Of a stretch of DNA of 64,000 nucleotides, positions 1 to 8,753 are shown piece after piece (the first letter of the stretch is position 1; the number at the start of each line of letters is the position of its first letter). A model generated the notes under the pieces. The model made no database searches and was not told the origin of the DNA. It saw nothing but the letters and a program-made list of their open reading frames with translations. This DNA is from Dehalococcoidia bacterium (lineage in GTDB: Bacteria; Chloroflexota; Dehalococcoidia; Lucifugimonadales; UBA3495). The translations under genes were made by a program, and so were the position numbers. The stretch spans positions 1,094,646 to 1,158,645 of the forward strand of contig CBDFLG010000001.1 of assembly GCA_965249065.1 (NCBI GenBank), written 5' to 3'.

Positions 1-37
1 ACATCGTACCAGCTTTGTTTAGGCCCTTCGTACCTAG

Positions 38-502
38 ATACTGCTATTATGCCGCTATCTTCACTCATCGAAGATATCAACAGCCGCAGATATTCCCGAC
101 GAGCAACCCTTACTCGACTACAACTACATGGAGGACCCCGAGGACCGCCGCCGCCTTCGCGACGCGGTGCGCCTCTGCGCCCACCTGGGTACCCACGAAT
201 CCTTCCGGTACATCGTCCAGGAGCGCGTCGAGCCGACCGACGAGGATCTGGCCAGCGACGACGCCCTGGACGTCTACATGATGCGCGAGGCCACCACTGG
301 CCAGCACATTTCCTGCACCTGCAAGATGGGCCCCGCCACCGACCCCATGACGGTGGTGGACCAGTACGGCAGGATTCACGGCATGGAGAACATCCGCGTG
401 GTGGACGCCTCCATAATGGCCAACTGCATCCGCGCCAACACCAACGTAACCACCATGACCATCGGCGAGCGCGTCGCCGAGTTCATCCGCGAAGGGCGCT
501 AA
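38..502 (+). CDS. GMC-family (choline dehydrogenase-like) oxidoreductase, C-terminal fragment
   Basis: The translation ...PLLDYNYMEDPEDRRRLRDAV...HISCTCKMGP...VVDQYGRIHGMENIRVVDASIMANCIRANTNVTTMTIGERVAEFI matches the conserved C-terminal domain of GMC flavoenzymes. In-frame stops at 20-22 and 35-37 break continuity with any N-terminal part (contig edge, frameshift or remnant). Confidence 0.6.
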   Translation: MLLLCRYLHSSKISTAADIPDEQPLLDYNYMEDPEDRRRLRDAVRLCAHLGTHESFRYIVQERVEPTDEDLASDDALDVYMMREATTGQHISCTCKMGPATDPMTVVDQYGRIHGMENIRVVDASIMANCIRANTNVTTMTIGERVAEFIREGR

Positions 503-525
503 AGCGGCGCCTGCGAGGCAACAGG

Positions 526-759
526 CTAGTCTTTGAGGTTGTCTTTGGGATCGGTAGCGGATTTGAATCGTCGTTCCGCTACCGATGCCAGCTTCTTGCG
601 AAATGTGATAACTGCACCGGCAATTATAAGCAGGATGCCGAGCAGCAATTGGAAGACGGCTTTCTCTAGGCCCACACCCGCTATTATGTTAATCACATTT
701 GTTAGCAGGTAAAACAGTCCAATCGCCAACAGCAAAGTTGAAATCGCGGTCGCTGCCAT
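526..759 (-). CDS. small membrane protein, unknown family
   Basis: 77-aa ORF with GGAGG a few nt upstream of the ATG. Two hydrophobic helices (AISTLLLAIGLFYLLTNVINIIAGV; LLLGILLIIAGAVITF). Confidence 0.5.
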   Translation of the reverse strand: MAATAISTLLLAIGLFYLLTNVINIIAGVGLEKAVFQLLLGILLIIAGAVITFRKKLASVAERRFKSATDPKDNLKD

Positions 760-787
760 GTAGCCTCCCGAAAAACTCCTGCCGCGT

Positions 788-1588
788 CTAAAGTCCGATC
801 AGCTCCCGGGCGTTCTCGCCTAGCATGCGCTCCTTGGCTGCGTCGGGCAGGGGGAGGGACTCGATGAACTGGGCGTCTTGGGCCATGTCGGCCAGCGGGT
901 AGTCGGTGCCGAAGCAGACCTTGTCTGCCCCGTGCCGGCTGACGATGCCCGCCAGCGTCTCGCTGCCCAGTTCCTTCAGCGCCGGCGGCCAGGTGGTGTC
1001 GATCAGCACGTTGTCGCGCCCGATGAGTTCCCGCTCTGCCTCGTCCAGCATATAGAACCCGCCCAGGTGCAGGGCGATGAGCTTCAGCTTGGGGAACTGC
1101 CGCACGACGTTCATTATCCGCGCCGGGTCGGCCCAGATGGTATCGCCGGGCTTGGTGTGCGCCCAGCGCCCCGAGTGGATCTCGACAACCATGTCGTCGC
1201 CCATTTCCTCGTAGAACGGGAACATCCGCGGGTCGTCGGGGTAGTAGCCGTTGACCATCGGGTGCAGCTTGAAGCCCTTGATTCCCGCCTCCCGCATCCG
1301 CCGGACTTCGCCCGCCTTGTCCTCCAGGTCCGGGTGCATCGCTCCGAAGGGCACCAGCATGTCGTCCTGTATGCTGATGAGCCAGTCGTTGGCGCCCCGC
1401 AGATGATCCAGCCGCTCGACCACGCCCAGCACCACGGACTTGTCCACCCCCGACGCCTTCATGTGCGCCTTGATGCCGTCCACGGTGTTGATGCCCACCG
1501 CCGGGTAGCCGAAGGTGCCGGTCATGTTCTCCAGCACCGCCGGCGCGATGCGGTCGGGCCAGATGTGAGTGTGAACGTCAATGCGCAT
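788..1588 (-). CDS. amidohydrolase-family metal-dependent hydrolase (TIM barrel)
   Basis: Start trimmed to MRIDVHTHIWPD (the HxH metal motif at the N-terminus typical of amidohydrolase_2), preceded by GAGGAA. Later FKLHP, EIHSG and FGTDYP motifs. Confidence 0.8.
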   Translation of the reverse strand: MRIDVHTHIWPDRIAPAVLENMTGTFGYPAVGINTVDGIKAHMKASGVDKSVVLGVVERLDHLRGANDWLISIQDDMLVPFGAMHPDLEDKAGEVRRMREAGIKGFKLHPMVNGYYPDDPRMFPFYEEMGDDMVVEIHSGRWAHTKPGDTIWADPARIMNVVRQFPKLKLIALHLGGFYMLDEAERELIGRDNVLIDTTWPPALKELGSETLAGIVSRHGADKVCFGTDYPLADMAQDAQFIESLPLPDAAKERMLGENARELIGL

Positions 1589-1649
1589 CAGCAGTTCCTC
1601 GCTGCGGATTTCGAGTGCCGGTAATTCAGGGCAGGCAACTGGAAACGCG

Positions 1650-1907
1650 CTACAACCTCTTGCCGGCCAGCAGCCCAATCAGACCGCTGAGAGCCGAGAA
1701 GAACCCCTGCCACAGCCGTTCAATAGCCGCTCCGGTCATGGTTCCCGGCGATGCTGCCCCGTTATCCTGGCTTTGGTCAGCTAAAGTTGCATCTGTGATG
1801 ATTGACAGCGCAACAGCCGAGATCAAGGTTAGCAGCGCTATGAGCATAATAAAGGCAACGATTGAGAAGTACAGCTTGGACGCGCTGACGGATGGCTCAT
1901 CATTCAC
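1650..1907 (-). CDS. possible small membrane protein
   Basis: ORF with one strong TM segment (LYFSIVAFIMLIALLTLISAVALSII) in a locally AT-richer stretch. The start is uncertain (GTG at 1907 or an internal ATG), there is no clear SD and no family match. Confidence 0.3.
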   Translation of the reverse strand: MNDEPSVSASKLYFSIVAFIMLIALLTLISAVALSIITDATLADQSQDNGAASPGTMTGAAIERLWQGFFSALSGLIGLLAGKRL

Positions 1908-2137
1908 GCGCTGGCCACACGTCTCCCGTCTGGTAGTCAATCCACGCCGCTTGGCCCGGATGCCGCACCGCAAACCACATTATACGCAGGGACGCGATGA
2001 CCCAGGCAACGAAGGGGTGACGCACCCGTCCCCGGGGACGGTCAGGGGCAGTCTTTGGCGACTGTCCCTGAATTTCCTGAATTTCAGAAAGCAACATACG
2101 CAAATCTTTGCATTGCAAAACTGGTCTTATTATATCC

Positions 2138-2548
2138 CTACTTATACCCCCGCGCTGCGTCGGTTCCTGCCCGCACCGCTTCCGGCGCCGACTTATCCGG
2201 GGAGTCCGGGGCCGAGAGTGGCTCAGGAGCAGCGTCGCGCGGAGGTTCGTAGGGGCCGTAGCCCTTGAGCAGGGGGAAGGGGCGGTCAATGGGCGTAAGC
2301 CACAGGGCCGCGAATATGCGCCCGGCCTTGGCGATGGACGGGTTGGCGTCGCCGCTCTCCAGCCGGACAACGTATGCCTCGCTGACGCCCAGCAGGTCCG
2401 CCAACTGTTGCTGAGTCATGTTCCGCTCTTGTCGCGCGAAGGTTAAAGCGAGAGCGAATCCTATTTGGGCCGCGGCTTCCCCGTAACCCATCCTTTCTTC
2501 GTCATCCTCCAGCTCTTCTGCCAGTTGTGCTCTGAAATCTCGTAACAT
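2138..2548 (-). CDS. XRE-family HTH antitoxin (HigA-like)
   Basis: HTH core MTQQQLADLLGVSEAYVVRLESGDANPS. It starts 2 nt after the stop of the upstream toxin gene on the same strand. Confidence 0.75.
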   Translation of the reverse strand: MLRDFRAQLAEELEDDEERMGYGEAAAQIGFALALTFARQERNMTQQQLADLLGVSEAYVVRLESGDANPSIAKAGRIFAALWLTPIDRPFPLLKGYGPYEPPRDAAPEPLSAPDSPDKSAPEAVRAGTDAARGYK

Positions 2549-2550
2549 TG

Positions 2551-2904
2551 TTAACCGCCTCCGATTGTACGGTATTCGGCAACCAAACGCCTGGCTAGAG
2601 CTATTTCCCTCAAAGGCGTCCGTTGAGTCCTCTTGCGGAACCCGTTAAGCAATATGAACTGGGCTTGGCCTCGGTCGTAATAACAGAACACCCGATAATG
2701 GCGCGCCCGCAACTCGTAAATGTCATCTTCTATATTGTCCATCATCGCAGTGTTCAGTAGACCGAGGCCGATTCTTTCCAGCCGGTCTATGGCGTTATTT
2801 ATGGCTCGTATTCCCGACAAGTCACCGCTTCGGCGAACCGATACACGGAAATCGTTGATTGGACGAGATCCGTCGAAAGACTGAAAGTCGATGATTAAGT
2901 ACAT
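2551..2904 (-). CDS. RelE/ParE-superfamily toxin, Gp49/HigB-like
   Basis: YELRARHYRVFCYY...FILLNGFRKRTQRTPLREIALA is the characteristic Gp49-like/HigB C-terminal pattern. The toxin-first gene order is typical of HigBA. Confidence 0.7.
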   Translation of the reverse strand: MYLIIDFQSFDGSRPINDFRVSVRRSGDLSGIRAINNAIDRLERIGLGLLNTAMMDNIEDDIYELRARHYRVFCYYDRGQAQFILLNGFRKRTQRTPLREIALARRLVAEYRTIGGG

Positions 2905-2950
2905 GCAGGCACTCTAACGCCGGATGTATAACCCTCCCTGCGTTACCCGC

Positions 2951-3793
2951 CTATCCCAGCACTTCCTCGGCCAGCTTCTCCAGCGCGGGCAGACCCTCGC
3001 CGGGGGCGCTGCTGGCCAGGCGGACGGTGGCCATGGTGGCGCCGGCCTCTTCCATTCGCTGGATTTCGTCCCGGTCGGCGGCTCCCGAGATGCAGATCTC
3101 GATGCTCTTGGGGTCGCGCCCGGCCGACTCGGCCAGCTCGTCCAGCGTGGCGCGGGCGGCGCGGACGTCCTCCGGTGTGGCGCGGACCGGCATCCAGCCG
3201 TCGCCGTAGGCCACCACGCGGCGGAAGACGTTGCGGGCTGCGCCGCCCAGCAGCACCGGCGGATGCGGCTTCTGCGCCGGCTTGGGGAACACCTTGAGCG
3301 CCGGGAAGTCGTAGTACTGCCCGTGGTACTCGGCCTCGTCCTGCGTCCACAGGGCCTTCATCACCTCGATGGCCTCCCGGGTTTGCGTCCAGCGGTGGTC
3401 GAAGTCGCCGCCCATGATTTCCGTTTCCTCGCGCAGCCAGCCCGCGCCGATGCCGAAGATGAACCGTCCGCCGGAGTGGTGGTCGAGGGCGGCTATCTGC
3501 TTGGCCTGCACCAGTGGGCTATGTTCCGGCACCAGGCAGACGGCGGTTCCCAGCCGGATGCGGGTGGTGGTGGCCGAAGCCATCGCCAGCCCGATGAACG
3601 GGTCGCCCATGTCGGCCATAGAGGGCGGGATCGAGCCGTCGGGTGTGCCGCCGTAGCGCGAGGTGGTGTGTACCGGGATGACGGGATGCTCCGGCAGCCA
3701 GAAGGAATCGAAACCTACTTCTTCGGCCTTCTGCGCCAACTCCGCCACGTTCATCGAGTTGCTGTTCATTACCGTGCTAACGCCAATTTTCAT
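2951..3793 (-). CDS. LLM-class (luciferase-like) flavin/F420-dependent oxidoreductase
   Basis: MKIGVS...ELAQKAEEVGFDSFWLPEHP...FIFGIGAGW..., the luciferase-like TIM-barrel signature. The cofactor (FMN vs F420) cannot be decided by eye. Confidence 0.8.
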   Translation of the reverse strand: MKIGVSTVMNSNSMNVAELAQKAEEVGFDSFWLPEHPVIPVHTTSRYGGTPDGSIPPSMADMGDPFIGLAMASATTTRIRLGTAVCLVPEHSPLVQAKQIAALDHHSGGRFIFGIGAGWLREETEIMGGDFDHRWTQTREAIEVMKALWTQDEAEYHGQYYDFPALKVFPKPAQKPHPPVLLGGAARNVFRRVVAYGDGWMPVRATPEDVRAARATLDELAESAGRDPKSIEICISGAADRDEIQRMEEAGATMATVRLASSAPGEGLPALEKLAEEVLG

Positions 3794-3936
3794 GTCTGCC
3801 CTCTTTCATTCAATGTTGGTGTGTCCTGGCCGCCGTGATAGTATCATAAAGGCATAAGAGCGGGGCTAGGGACGGCATAAGGCAGACTGACCCGGCTTCG
3901 GAGAATCCGGTAATCAGGCAGGTACGGACAAGCGGC

Positions 3937-4431
3937 GTGAGTTTTACGGAATCCATCAAAACGTGTTTTCAGAAATACGTAGACTTCAGCGGACGGGCCT
4001 CGCGCTCGGAATTCTGGTGGTTCTTCCTGTTCACCCTCGTTGTGAACATTATCCTGACTTTTATCCCGGTTATCGGGCGGATTGTCTCGCTGGGCCTGCT
4101 GCTGCCCTCGCTGGCGGTAGGGGCGCGGCGATTGCACGACACCAACAGGACGGGATGGTGGCAACTGCTGTACTTCTTCCCATTCTTGGGCTGGATTGCG
4201 CTTATTCTATTGTTTGCTCAGCCCGGAACCGCCGGCCCCAACCGATACGGCCTCGCCCCCCTGCAATCGCAACAGGGCATGGCCGGCTACCCGGACCCCG
4301 GCCAACCCTACTCCCCGCCTCCAGTGGGCGACCCCGGCTACCCCGGCTACGGCGCCACTCCGCAGGATTCCTTGCCGGGGCAGGAACCCAGCGGACGGCA
4401 GTTCTGCACCGAATGCGGCGCGGTTGTCTGA
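3937..4431 (+). CDS. DUF805-family membrane protein with Pro-rich linker and C-terminal zinc-ribbon-like tail
   Basis: FSGRASRSEFWWFFLF...RRLHDTNRTGWW...GPNRYG is the DUF805 signature. It ends FCTECGAVV. GTG start. Confidence 0.75.
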   Translation: MSFTESIKTCFQKYVDFSGRASRSEFWWFFLFTLVVNIILTFIPVIGRIVSLGLLLPSLAVGARRLHDTNRTGWWQLLYFFPFLGWIALILLFAQPGTAGPNRYGLAPLQSQQGMAGYPDPGQPYSPPPVGDPGYPGYGATPQDSLPGQEPSGRQFCTECGAVV

Positions 4432-4495
4432 TGTCTTTGGCCTTGACTTGACCCAGAAGACCGGGAACCCATTTGCCTACAGGAGGACGCAGGGA

Positions 4496-5023
4496 GTGAA
4501 CCCGATACAAGCGATCTTGTCGGCCTTTCGTAACTGCGCCAACTTTGACGGGCGGGCCTGCCGGTCGGAATACTGGTGGTTTTACATATTCTTCGTGGTC
4601 TGGCTGATTGCTATATTCGTAGTTAGTGTTGCTTGGTTTCCCTCTTTATTCTCCCTATGGGTTATCTATTTGATAGCCATGATGCTGCCCCTTTGGTCGG
4701 TCACAGTGCGGCGGCTGCATGACATGGACAAATCTGGAAGGTGGGCGTTTCTGGGGTTCATGCCGCTGGCTGGCGGGCCGCGGCTGACCAAGCTGATGGC
4801 GCTTCCGGGAACCGTCGGCCCCAACCGTTATGGCCCCGACCCCTTGCGCCCGGAGTTGGGGGGCGGCTGGACACAGCGCTCCGCCCGGCCCGTAATCCCG
4901 CAGCCCCCGGATGTGGGTATGGCGGAAACGACCGAGTCCGCCGCGGGGCCCCGCTGCTCCCGCTGCGGCTGGGAACGCTGGCCGGATGCGCTTTTCTGCG
5001 CCGATTGCGGCGCGAGCTTCTAA
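4496..5023 (+). CDS. DUF805-family membrane protein (tandem paralog) with C-terminal zinc ribbon
   Basis: GTG at 4496 sits 9 nt after AGGAGG. FDGRACRSEYWWFYIF...RRLHDMDKSGRW...GPNRYG; C-terminus CSRCGW...FCADCGASF. The upstream 100 codons of the tracked ORF overlap the previous gene and are rejected. Confidence 0.75.
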   Translation: MNPIQAILSAFRNCANFDGRACRSEYWWFYIFFVVWLIAIFVVSVAWFPSLFSLWVIYLIAMMLPLWSVTVRRLHDMDKSGRWAFLGFMPLAGGPRLTKLMALPGTVGPNRYGPDPLRPELGGGWTQRSARPVIPQPPDVGMAETTESAAGPRCSRCGWERWPDALFCADCGASF

Positions 5024-5077
5024 CCCAAGGGGCAGGGCAGTACTAAGGTTGCCCTTACACATCCGCCCACCAGCATT

Positions 5078-5105
5078 GTAGGGGCGCACAGCCGTGCGCC
5101 CCTAC
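5078..5105. repeat. REP-A hairpin (GTAGGGGCGCAC-N4-GTGCGCCCCTAC)
   Basis: Perfect 12-bp inverted repeat with a 4-nt loop, in the intergenic region downstream of the DUF805 pair. Confidence 0.85.
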
Positions 5106-5197
5106 GGTAACGTTGATTCGTCGGTAGCCCCGCCCCAACGTTGCGGATATAATCGCCGCAGCAAACCCATAACACAATATAGAATTGAGGTAGCGCC

Positions 5198-5830
5198 TTG
5201 AAAATCGATCCACAAACCTTCGAGAACTTCTACCGTGTCCTGACCGGCGTGGTGGTGCCGCGCCCCATCGCCTTCGTTTCCACCCAGTCGCCCGACGGGG
5301 TGGACAACCTGGCGCCCTATTCGTTCTTCAACGCTTTTGCCTACGACCCACCCACGGTGGTCTTTTCGTCGTCGCGCCGGGTAGAGCAAAAGAGCAAGGA
5401 CACGCTGCGCAACATCGAAGAGACCGGCGAGTTCGTGGTCAACATGGTAGTGGACGACATCGCTGAGGCGATGAACCGCACGTCCGCTGAGTTCCCCGAG
5501 GATGTGGATGAGTTCGACATTGCCGGGCTGACCGCCATACCATCCGACCTAGTCAAGCCGCCGCGGGTTGCCGAGTCGCCGGTCAACATGGAGTGCCGTC
5601 TCAATCAGGTCATCAACTTGGGCGAAGGCCCCGGCGGTCATGGCCTGGTCATCGGCACCATCGTGCTAATGCACGTCCGGGACGACATCATCAATGGCCA
5701 CCGGATCAACCACCACCTGATGAAGCCGACGGGCCGCCTGGCCGGCAGTATGTACTGCCACACCGCCGACACCTTCGAGATGGTTCGCCCGGTCTACGAC
5801 CCCGAGAAGAGCCTCGCCGCCTACCGCTAG
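5198..5830 (+). CDS. flavin reductase-like FMN-binding protein
   Basis: VLTGVVVPRPIAFVSTQSPDGVDNLAPYSFFNAFAYDPPTVVFS is the flavin_reduct domain core. TTG start. Confidence 0.8.
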   Translation: MKIDPQTFENFYRVLTGVVVPRPIAFVSTQSPDGVDNLAPYSFFNAFAYDPPTVVFSSSRRVEQKSKDTLRNIEETGEFVVNMVVDDIAEAMNRTSAEFPEDVDEFDIAGLTAIPSDLVKPPRVAESPVNMECRLNQVINLGEGPGGHGLVIGTIVLMHVRDDIINGHRINHHLMKPTGRLAGSMYCHTADTFEMVRPVYDPEKSLAAYR

Positions 5831-5856
5831 AGGCTGCATTGGTTTAACTGGTGTAT

Positions 5857-5879
5857 GGGGGCGTACGGCTGTGCGCCTC
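5857..5879. repeat. REP-A hairpin, degenerate copy
   Basis: gggggcgtac-ggct-gtgcgcctc, immediately downstream of the flavin reductase stop. Confidence 0.6.
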
Positions 5880-5914
5880 TGCACATTTATTGAATCCAGC
5901 CAAGGTAAAAGGGA

Positions 5915-6346
5915 ATGATGGATTACGACGCAATTCAGCAGGCCGCCCTAGCCCGGCCTATAGATGAACGGGCCGAGTTGCTGGGCCCGCTGCTACGAAG
6001 CCTCCGCGGGCTTTCCGAAGCGGAAATCGAACGAGGGGAAGATCCGCCGGCTGCCAAGCGGGAAGAAGCGCTCAAGGAAACGAGAGACATACCGGTAAAA
6101 GTTGATCCAATTCTGGCGAAGGCCGCGCTGTCTCTCTCCGTCAAAGAACGGGATAAGCTGGTGACGAAGTTGATACACAGCCTAGACGAAGGCATTCCCG
6201 GCGAAGTGGTTTCCCAAGAGGAACATTGGGAAGCGTGGCGAGTTGAGATAGAGCGGCGAGTGAGGGAAGTGGACAGCGGAGAGGTTCAGACCATCCCGTG
6301 GGAGGAAGTCAAGAGAAAGGCGCGGGAGCTTCTTGGTGAGGTATGA
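5915..6346 (+). CDS. addiction-module antitoxin component (Unstab_antitox-like), internally duplicated
   Basis: The C-terminal half LSLSVKERDKLVTKLIHSLDEG...WEAWRVEIERRVREVDSGEVQTIPWEEV fits the 'putative addiction module component' family. The N-terminal half repeats the first helix (AALARPIDERAELLGPLLRSL). It overlaps the ParE gene by 14 nt. Confidence 0.65.
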   Translation: MMDYDAIQQAALARPIDERAELLGPLLRSLRGLSEAEIERGEDPPAAKREEALKETRDIPVKVDPILAKAALSLSVKERDKLVTKLIHSLDEGIPGEVVSQEEHWEAWRVEIERRVREVDSGEVQTIPWEEVKRKARELLGEV

Positions 6347-6632
6347 AATCCACCCTGGTGCGGAAGGGGAGTACCAAGAAGCATTCGTTTACTACGGGAC
6401 AAGACGGCCGGAATCAGGATTGGATTTCGAGGCCGAGTTTGAATCTCTAATTGGGCGTATATGCGAAGCGCCGCGTATGTACCCGGTGGCTTACCAGCCG
6501 AACATTCGCCGAGCTTTGATGGGCGGCAATTTCCCCTATTCCATATATTTCAGGGAAATCGAAGGCGGGATTGCAGTCGTTGCCCTGACCCACCACAGCA
6601 GACGCCCCGGCTACTGGCTGGATCGTGTATAG
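6333..6632 (+). CDS. ParE/RelE-family toxin
   Basis: 99 aa, YEIHPGAEGEYQEAFVYY...FPYSIYFREIEGGIAVVALTHHSRRPGYW, the plasmid-stabilisation ParE pattern. Overlaps the upstream antitoxin. Confidence 0.7.
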   Translation: MVRYEIHPGAEGEYQEAFVYYGTRRPESGLDFEAEFESLIGRICEAPRMYPVAYQPNIRRALMGGNFPYSIYFREIEGGIAVVALTHHSRRPGYWLDRV

Positions 6633-6647
6633 CGCGGCAGGTCGAGG

Positions 6648-7415
6648 CTAGTAGGGGCTTCGGGGGCGTTCGGGCGGCTCGTCCTCGGGGCGGCCCGTCT
6701 CGAGGTCCACGCTGGCGTCATAGGCCGGGCGTCCCTCGCCGGAGTAATCGGGCGGCGGCGCTTCCGAGTAGCTCCCGGAATCGGGGTAACTGCCGGAGGC
6801 GCTGGAGGCTTCCTCAACGCGACGGGTGTAGGTTTCGGACTCCGCAGGTTGGGTTTCCTCAAACTCGGAATTGCTGGCCGAATCCGTTTCAGGAGAGTCG
6901 GTTTCAGGCTCGGCCCAAGACTCGGAGCCAACTTCAGCGCCGACACCGGTCTCTTCGTCGAACTCGAATTCGGGTTCGTCTCCCCGGTTAAGTACCGTGC
7001 CCTCTACGAACGCCGTTCCGGTCTGCTCGCCGTGGTAACGGGTCAGCGCATCCTCCAGGTGGCCGCGAAAGGCGCCGGGGTCGCGCATCATCAACATCAG
7101 GCGGCTCCCGGCCACCATGCGAATTCTGAGCCGCTCGCCCATAGGCATCGCTAGCAGTTCAACGTGGGAAATTTCAGCGAATGATATGACCCGCTTACGA
7201 GGCATTCCATAGACAATGACCATGGAGTCGCGGTAGAGCAGAAACTGCCGGGGCGTGGTAAGCCAACTGTAGGCCGCCATCCCCAGCCCCAAGACTATCA
7301 GAAGCTGGTTCGTCATCGCGCCCAACACCGCCACTATCAAGGAGAAGATGAGCGTGATGTTGAACTTGGATGCGTGCTGGTCCCAGTAAATCGGATTTTC
7401 TTGCTGTTGAGCCAT
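6648..7415 (-). CDS. membrane-anchored bacterial PH-domain-like protein with acidic/Pro-rich C-terminal tail
   Basis: Two N-terminal TM helices, then FLLYRDSMVIVYG...ISFAEISHVELL (bPH-like). The last ~110 aa are low-complexity, rich in E/S/P/G. Confidence 0.55.
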   Translation of the reverse strand: MAQQQENPIYWDQHASKFNITLIFSLIVAVLGAMTNQLLIVLGLGMAAYSWLTTPRQFLLYRDSMVIVYGMPRKRVISFAEISHVELLAMPMGERLRIRMVAGSRLMLMMRDPGAFRGHLEDALTRYHGEQTGTAFVEGTVLNRGDEPEFEFDEETGVGAEVGSESWAEPETDSPETDSASNSEFEETQPAESETYTRRVEEASSASGSYPDSGSYSEAPPPDYSGEGRPAYDASVDLETGRPEDEPPERPRSPY

Positions 7416-7488
7416 GGCGATATTTTAGCACACGTCGCGCCGCCACGCCCGCCCTGGCGCCCTTGGGCTTTGGGGGAGTTGTCCGCTT

Positions 7489-7517
7489 TGACATTCCCTT
7501 GCGCCGCTGATATGTTT
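7489..7517 (+). promoter_or_regulatory. sigma70-like promoter candidate for the comDE-like operon
   Basis: TTGACA (7489-7494), a 17-nt spacer, then TATGTT (7512-7517), ~90 nt upstream of the 7606 start. Confidence 0.4.
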
Positions 7518-7605
7518 CACTGCGGTATGTCGAAATCCGGTTTGGCCTTGGGGCCGTCCCCTTGCTCCGCTCCCGGAACGGGCCGGACCTAAATAACAGC
7601 GGGAT

Positions 7606-8142
7606 ATGACTGTGAGTGAATCCATAAAGCCCTCTGAAAATTGGGCCCATATTATCGTTCAGGCGCTTAAGGACTGGGATACCTCGCTCATCGCCTACGT
7701 GCCGGATGTTTCCATCCACCGCGTGACCAGCATCATTGACCAAGACCCCTTCTTCCATCTGGTGTCGGCGACACGGGAGGAAGAGGCCATCGGCATCGCC
7801 GTCGGCTCCTACGCCGCCGGGCGCAACGCCGCCGTGTTCATGCAGACCAGCGGCTTCGGCAACAGCATCAACGCCCTGGCCAGCTTGTGCATCCCCGCCC
7901 GCGCGCCGATTCCCTTCTTCATCAATATGCGGGGAGGGACCGGCGAGTTCAACATCTCGCAGGTCCCCATGGGCCGGGCCACCGTGCCTATACTCGACCA
8001 GTTCGGCATCGTGAACTACACCATCAACGACGACTACCGGATGGACAAGCTGATGGACGGCGCAATGAAGCTGTGTCATGCCAACCGCCAGCCGGTGGCC
8101 ATCTGCCTGACTCAGTTGCTGCATGGAGGCAAACTTGCGTAG
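7606..8142 (+). CDS. comD: sulfopyruvate decarboxylase alpha-subunit-like TPP enzyme (N-terminal pyrimidine-binding half)
   Basis: ~178-aa split TPP-enzyme subunit: HLVSATREEEAIGIAVGSYAAGRNAAVFMQTSGFGNSINALASL. Overlaps the beta-like subunit by 20 nt. A phosphonopyruvate decarboxylase alternative is not excluded. Confidence 0.6.
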   Translation: MTVSESIKPSENWAHIIVQALKDWDTSLIAYVPDVSIHRVTSIIDQDPFFHLVSATREEEAIGIAVGSYAAGRNAAVFMQTSGFGNSINALASLCIPARAPIPFFINMRGGTGEFNISQVPMGRATVPILDQFGIVNYTINDDYRMDKLMDGAMKLCHANRQPVAICLTQLLHGGKLA

Positions 8143-8713
8143 GTTTGATGCAATCGAACTGGTGCTCCGCTTGGCCGGAGACCGTCCCATCGTGGGCAAC
8201 TTGGGCCCCACGTCCGACGAGCTCTGGCACGCCGGACACCGCGACCGAAATTTCTACACTTACGGCAACATGGGCCTCACCTCCTCCATCGCTCTCGGAA
8301 TGGCCCTGGCGACGGACGAACAGGTCATCTCAATGGACGGTGATGGCTCGTTGCTGATGAACTTGGGGGCGCTGGCAACCATCGGCCGGGAGCTGCCCAA
8401 GAACCTGGTCGTCGTGGTATATGACAACGAGGCCTGGGGCCAGACTGGCAACCAGACCAGCCACACCGGCACCGGCACCAGCCTGGAGCACGTTGCGACA
8501 TCGTGCGGCATTGCCAGTTCCACCACAGTCAACGACTTGGAGGAGCTTGAAGGCGCGCTATCCACGGCCATCTCTACCGATGGCCCCCACTTCATAGTGG
8601 CCAAAATCGAAGAGGCCGGCTATATGCCCGTGGCGCCTGTGGAGCCGGAGTTCACCCTCTACCGCTTCCGAAACACCTTTGTTCAACCCCAGCAGCCGGA
8701 GTTGCCACATTAG
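8123..8713 (+). CDS. comE: sulfopyruvate decarboxylase beta-subunit-like TPP enzyme (C-terminal PP-binding half)
   Basis: TPP-binding motif GDGSLLMNLGALATIG...VVVYDNEAWGQTGNQ. Confidence 0.6.
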   Translation: MEANLRRFDAIELVLRLAGDRPIVGNLGPTSDELWHAGHRDRNFYTYGNMGLTSSIALGMALATDEQVISMDGDGSLLMNLGALATIGRELPKNLVVVVYDNEAWGQTGNQTSHTGTGTSLEHVATSCGIASSTTVNDLEELEGALSTAISTDGPHFIVAKIEEAGYMPVAPVEPEFTLYRFRNTFVQPQQPELPH

Positions 8714-8753
8714 CAGAGCAACGTACGAGGTCTCAGATCACACCAATTGCAAA

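Noticed and set aside
4196-4495. N-terminal 100 codons of the tracked 275-aa ORF for the second DUF805 gene.
   Set aside because: This part overlaps the first DUF805 gene in another frame and is Pro/Ala/Thr/Arg-rich. A GTG with a strong AGGAGG at 4496 begins the conserved domain.
7195-8211. 338-aa minus-strand ORF, and many similar long ORFs antisense to real genes (e.g. 29858-31183, 31187-32251, 38653-39870, 54704-55789, 56108-57394, 43561-44460, 35894-36820).
   Set aside because: These are typical high-GC shadow ORFs. They are Arg/Gly/Ala/Pro-rich, have no family motifs, and each fully overlaps a gene with strong family signatures on the other strand.
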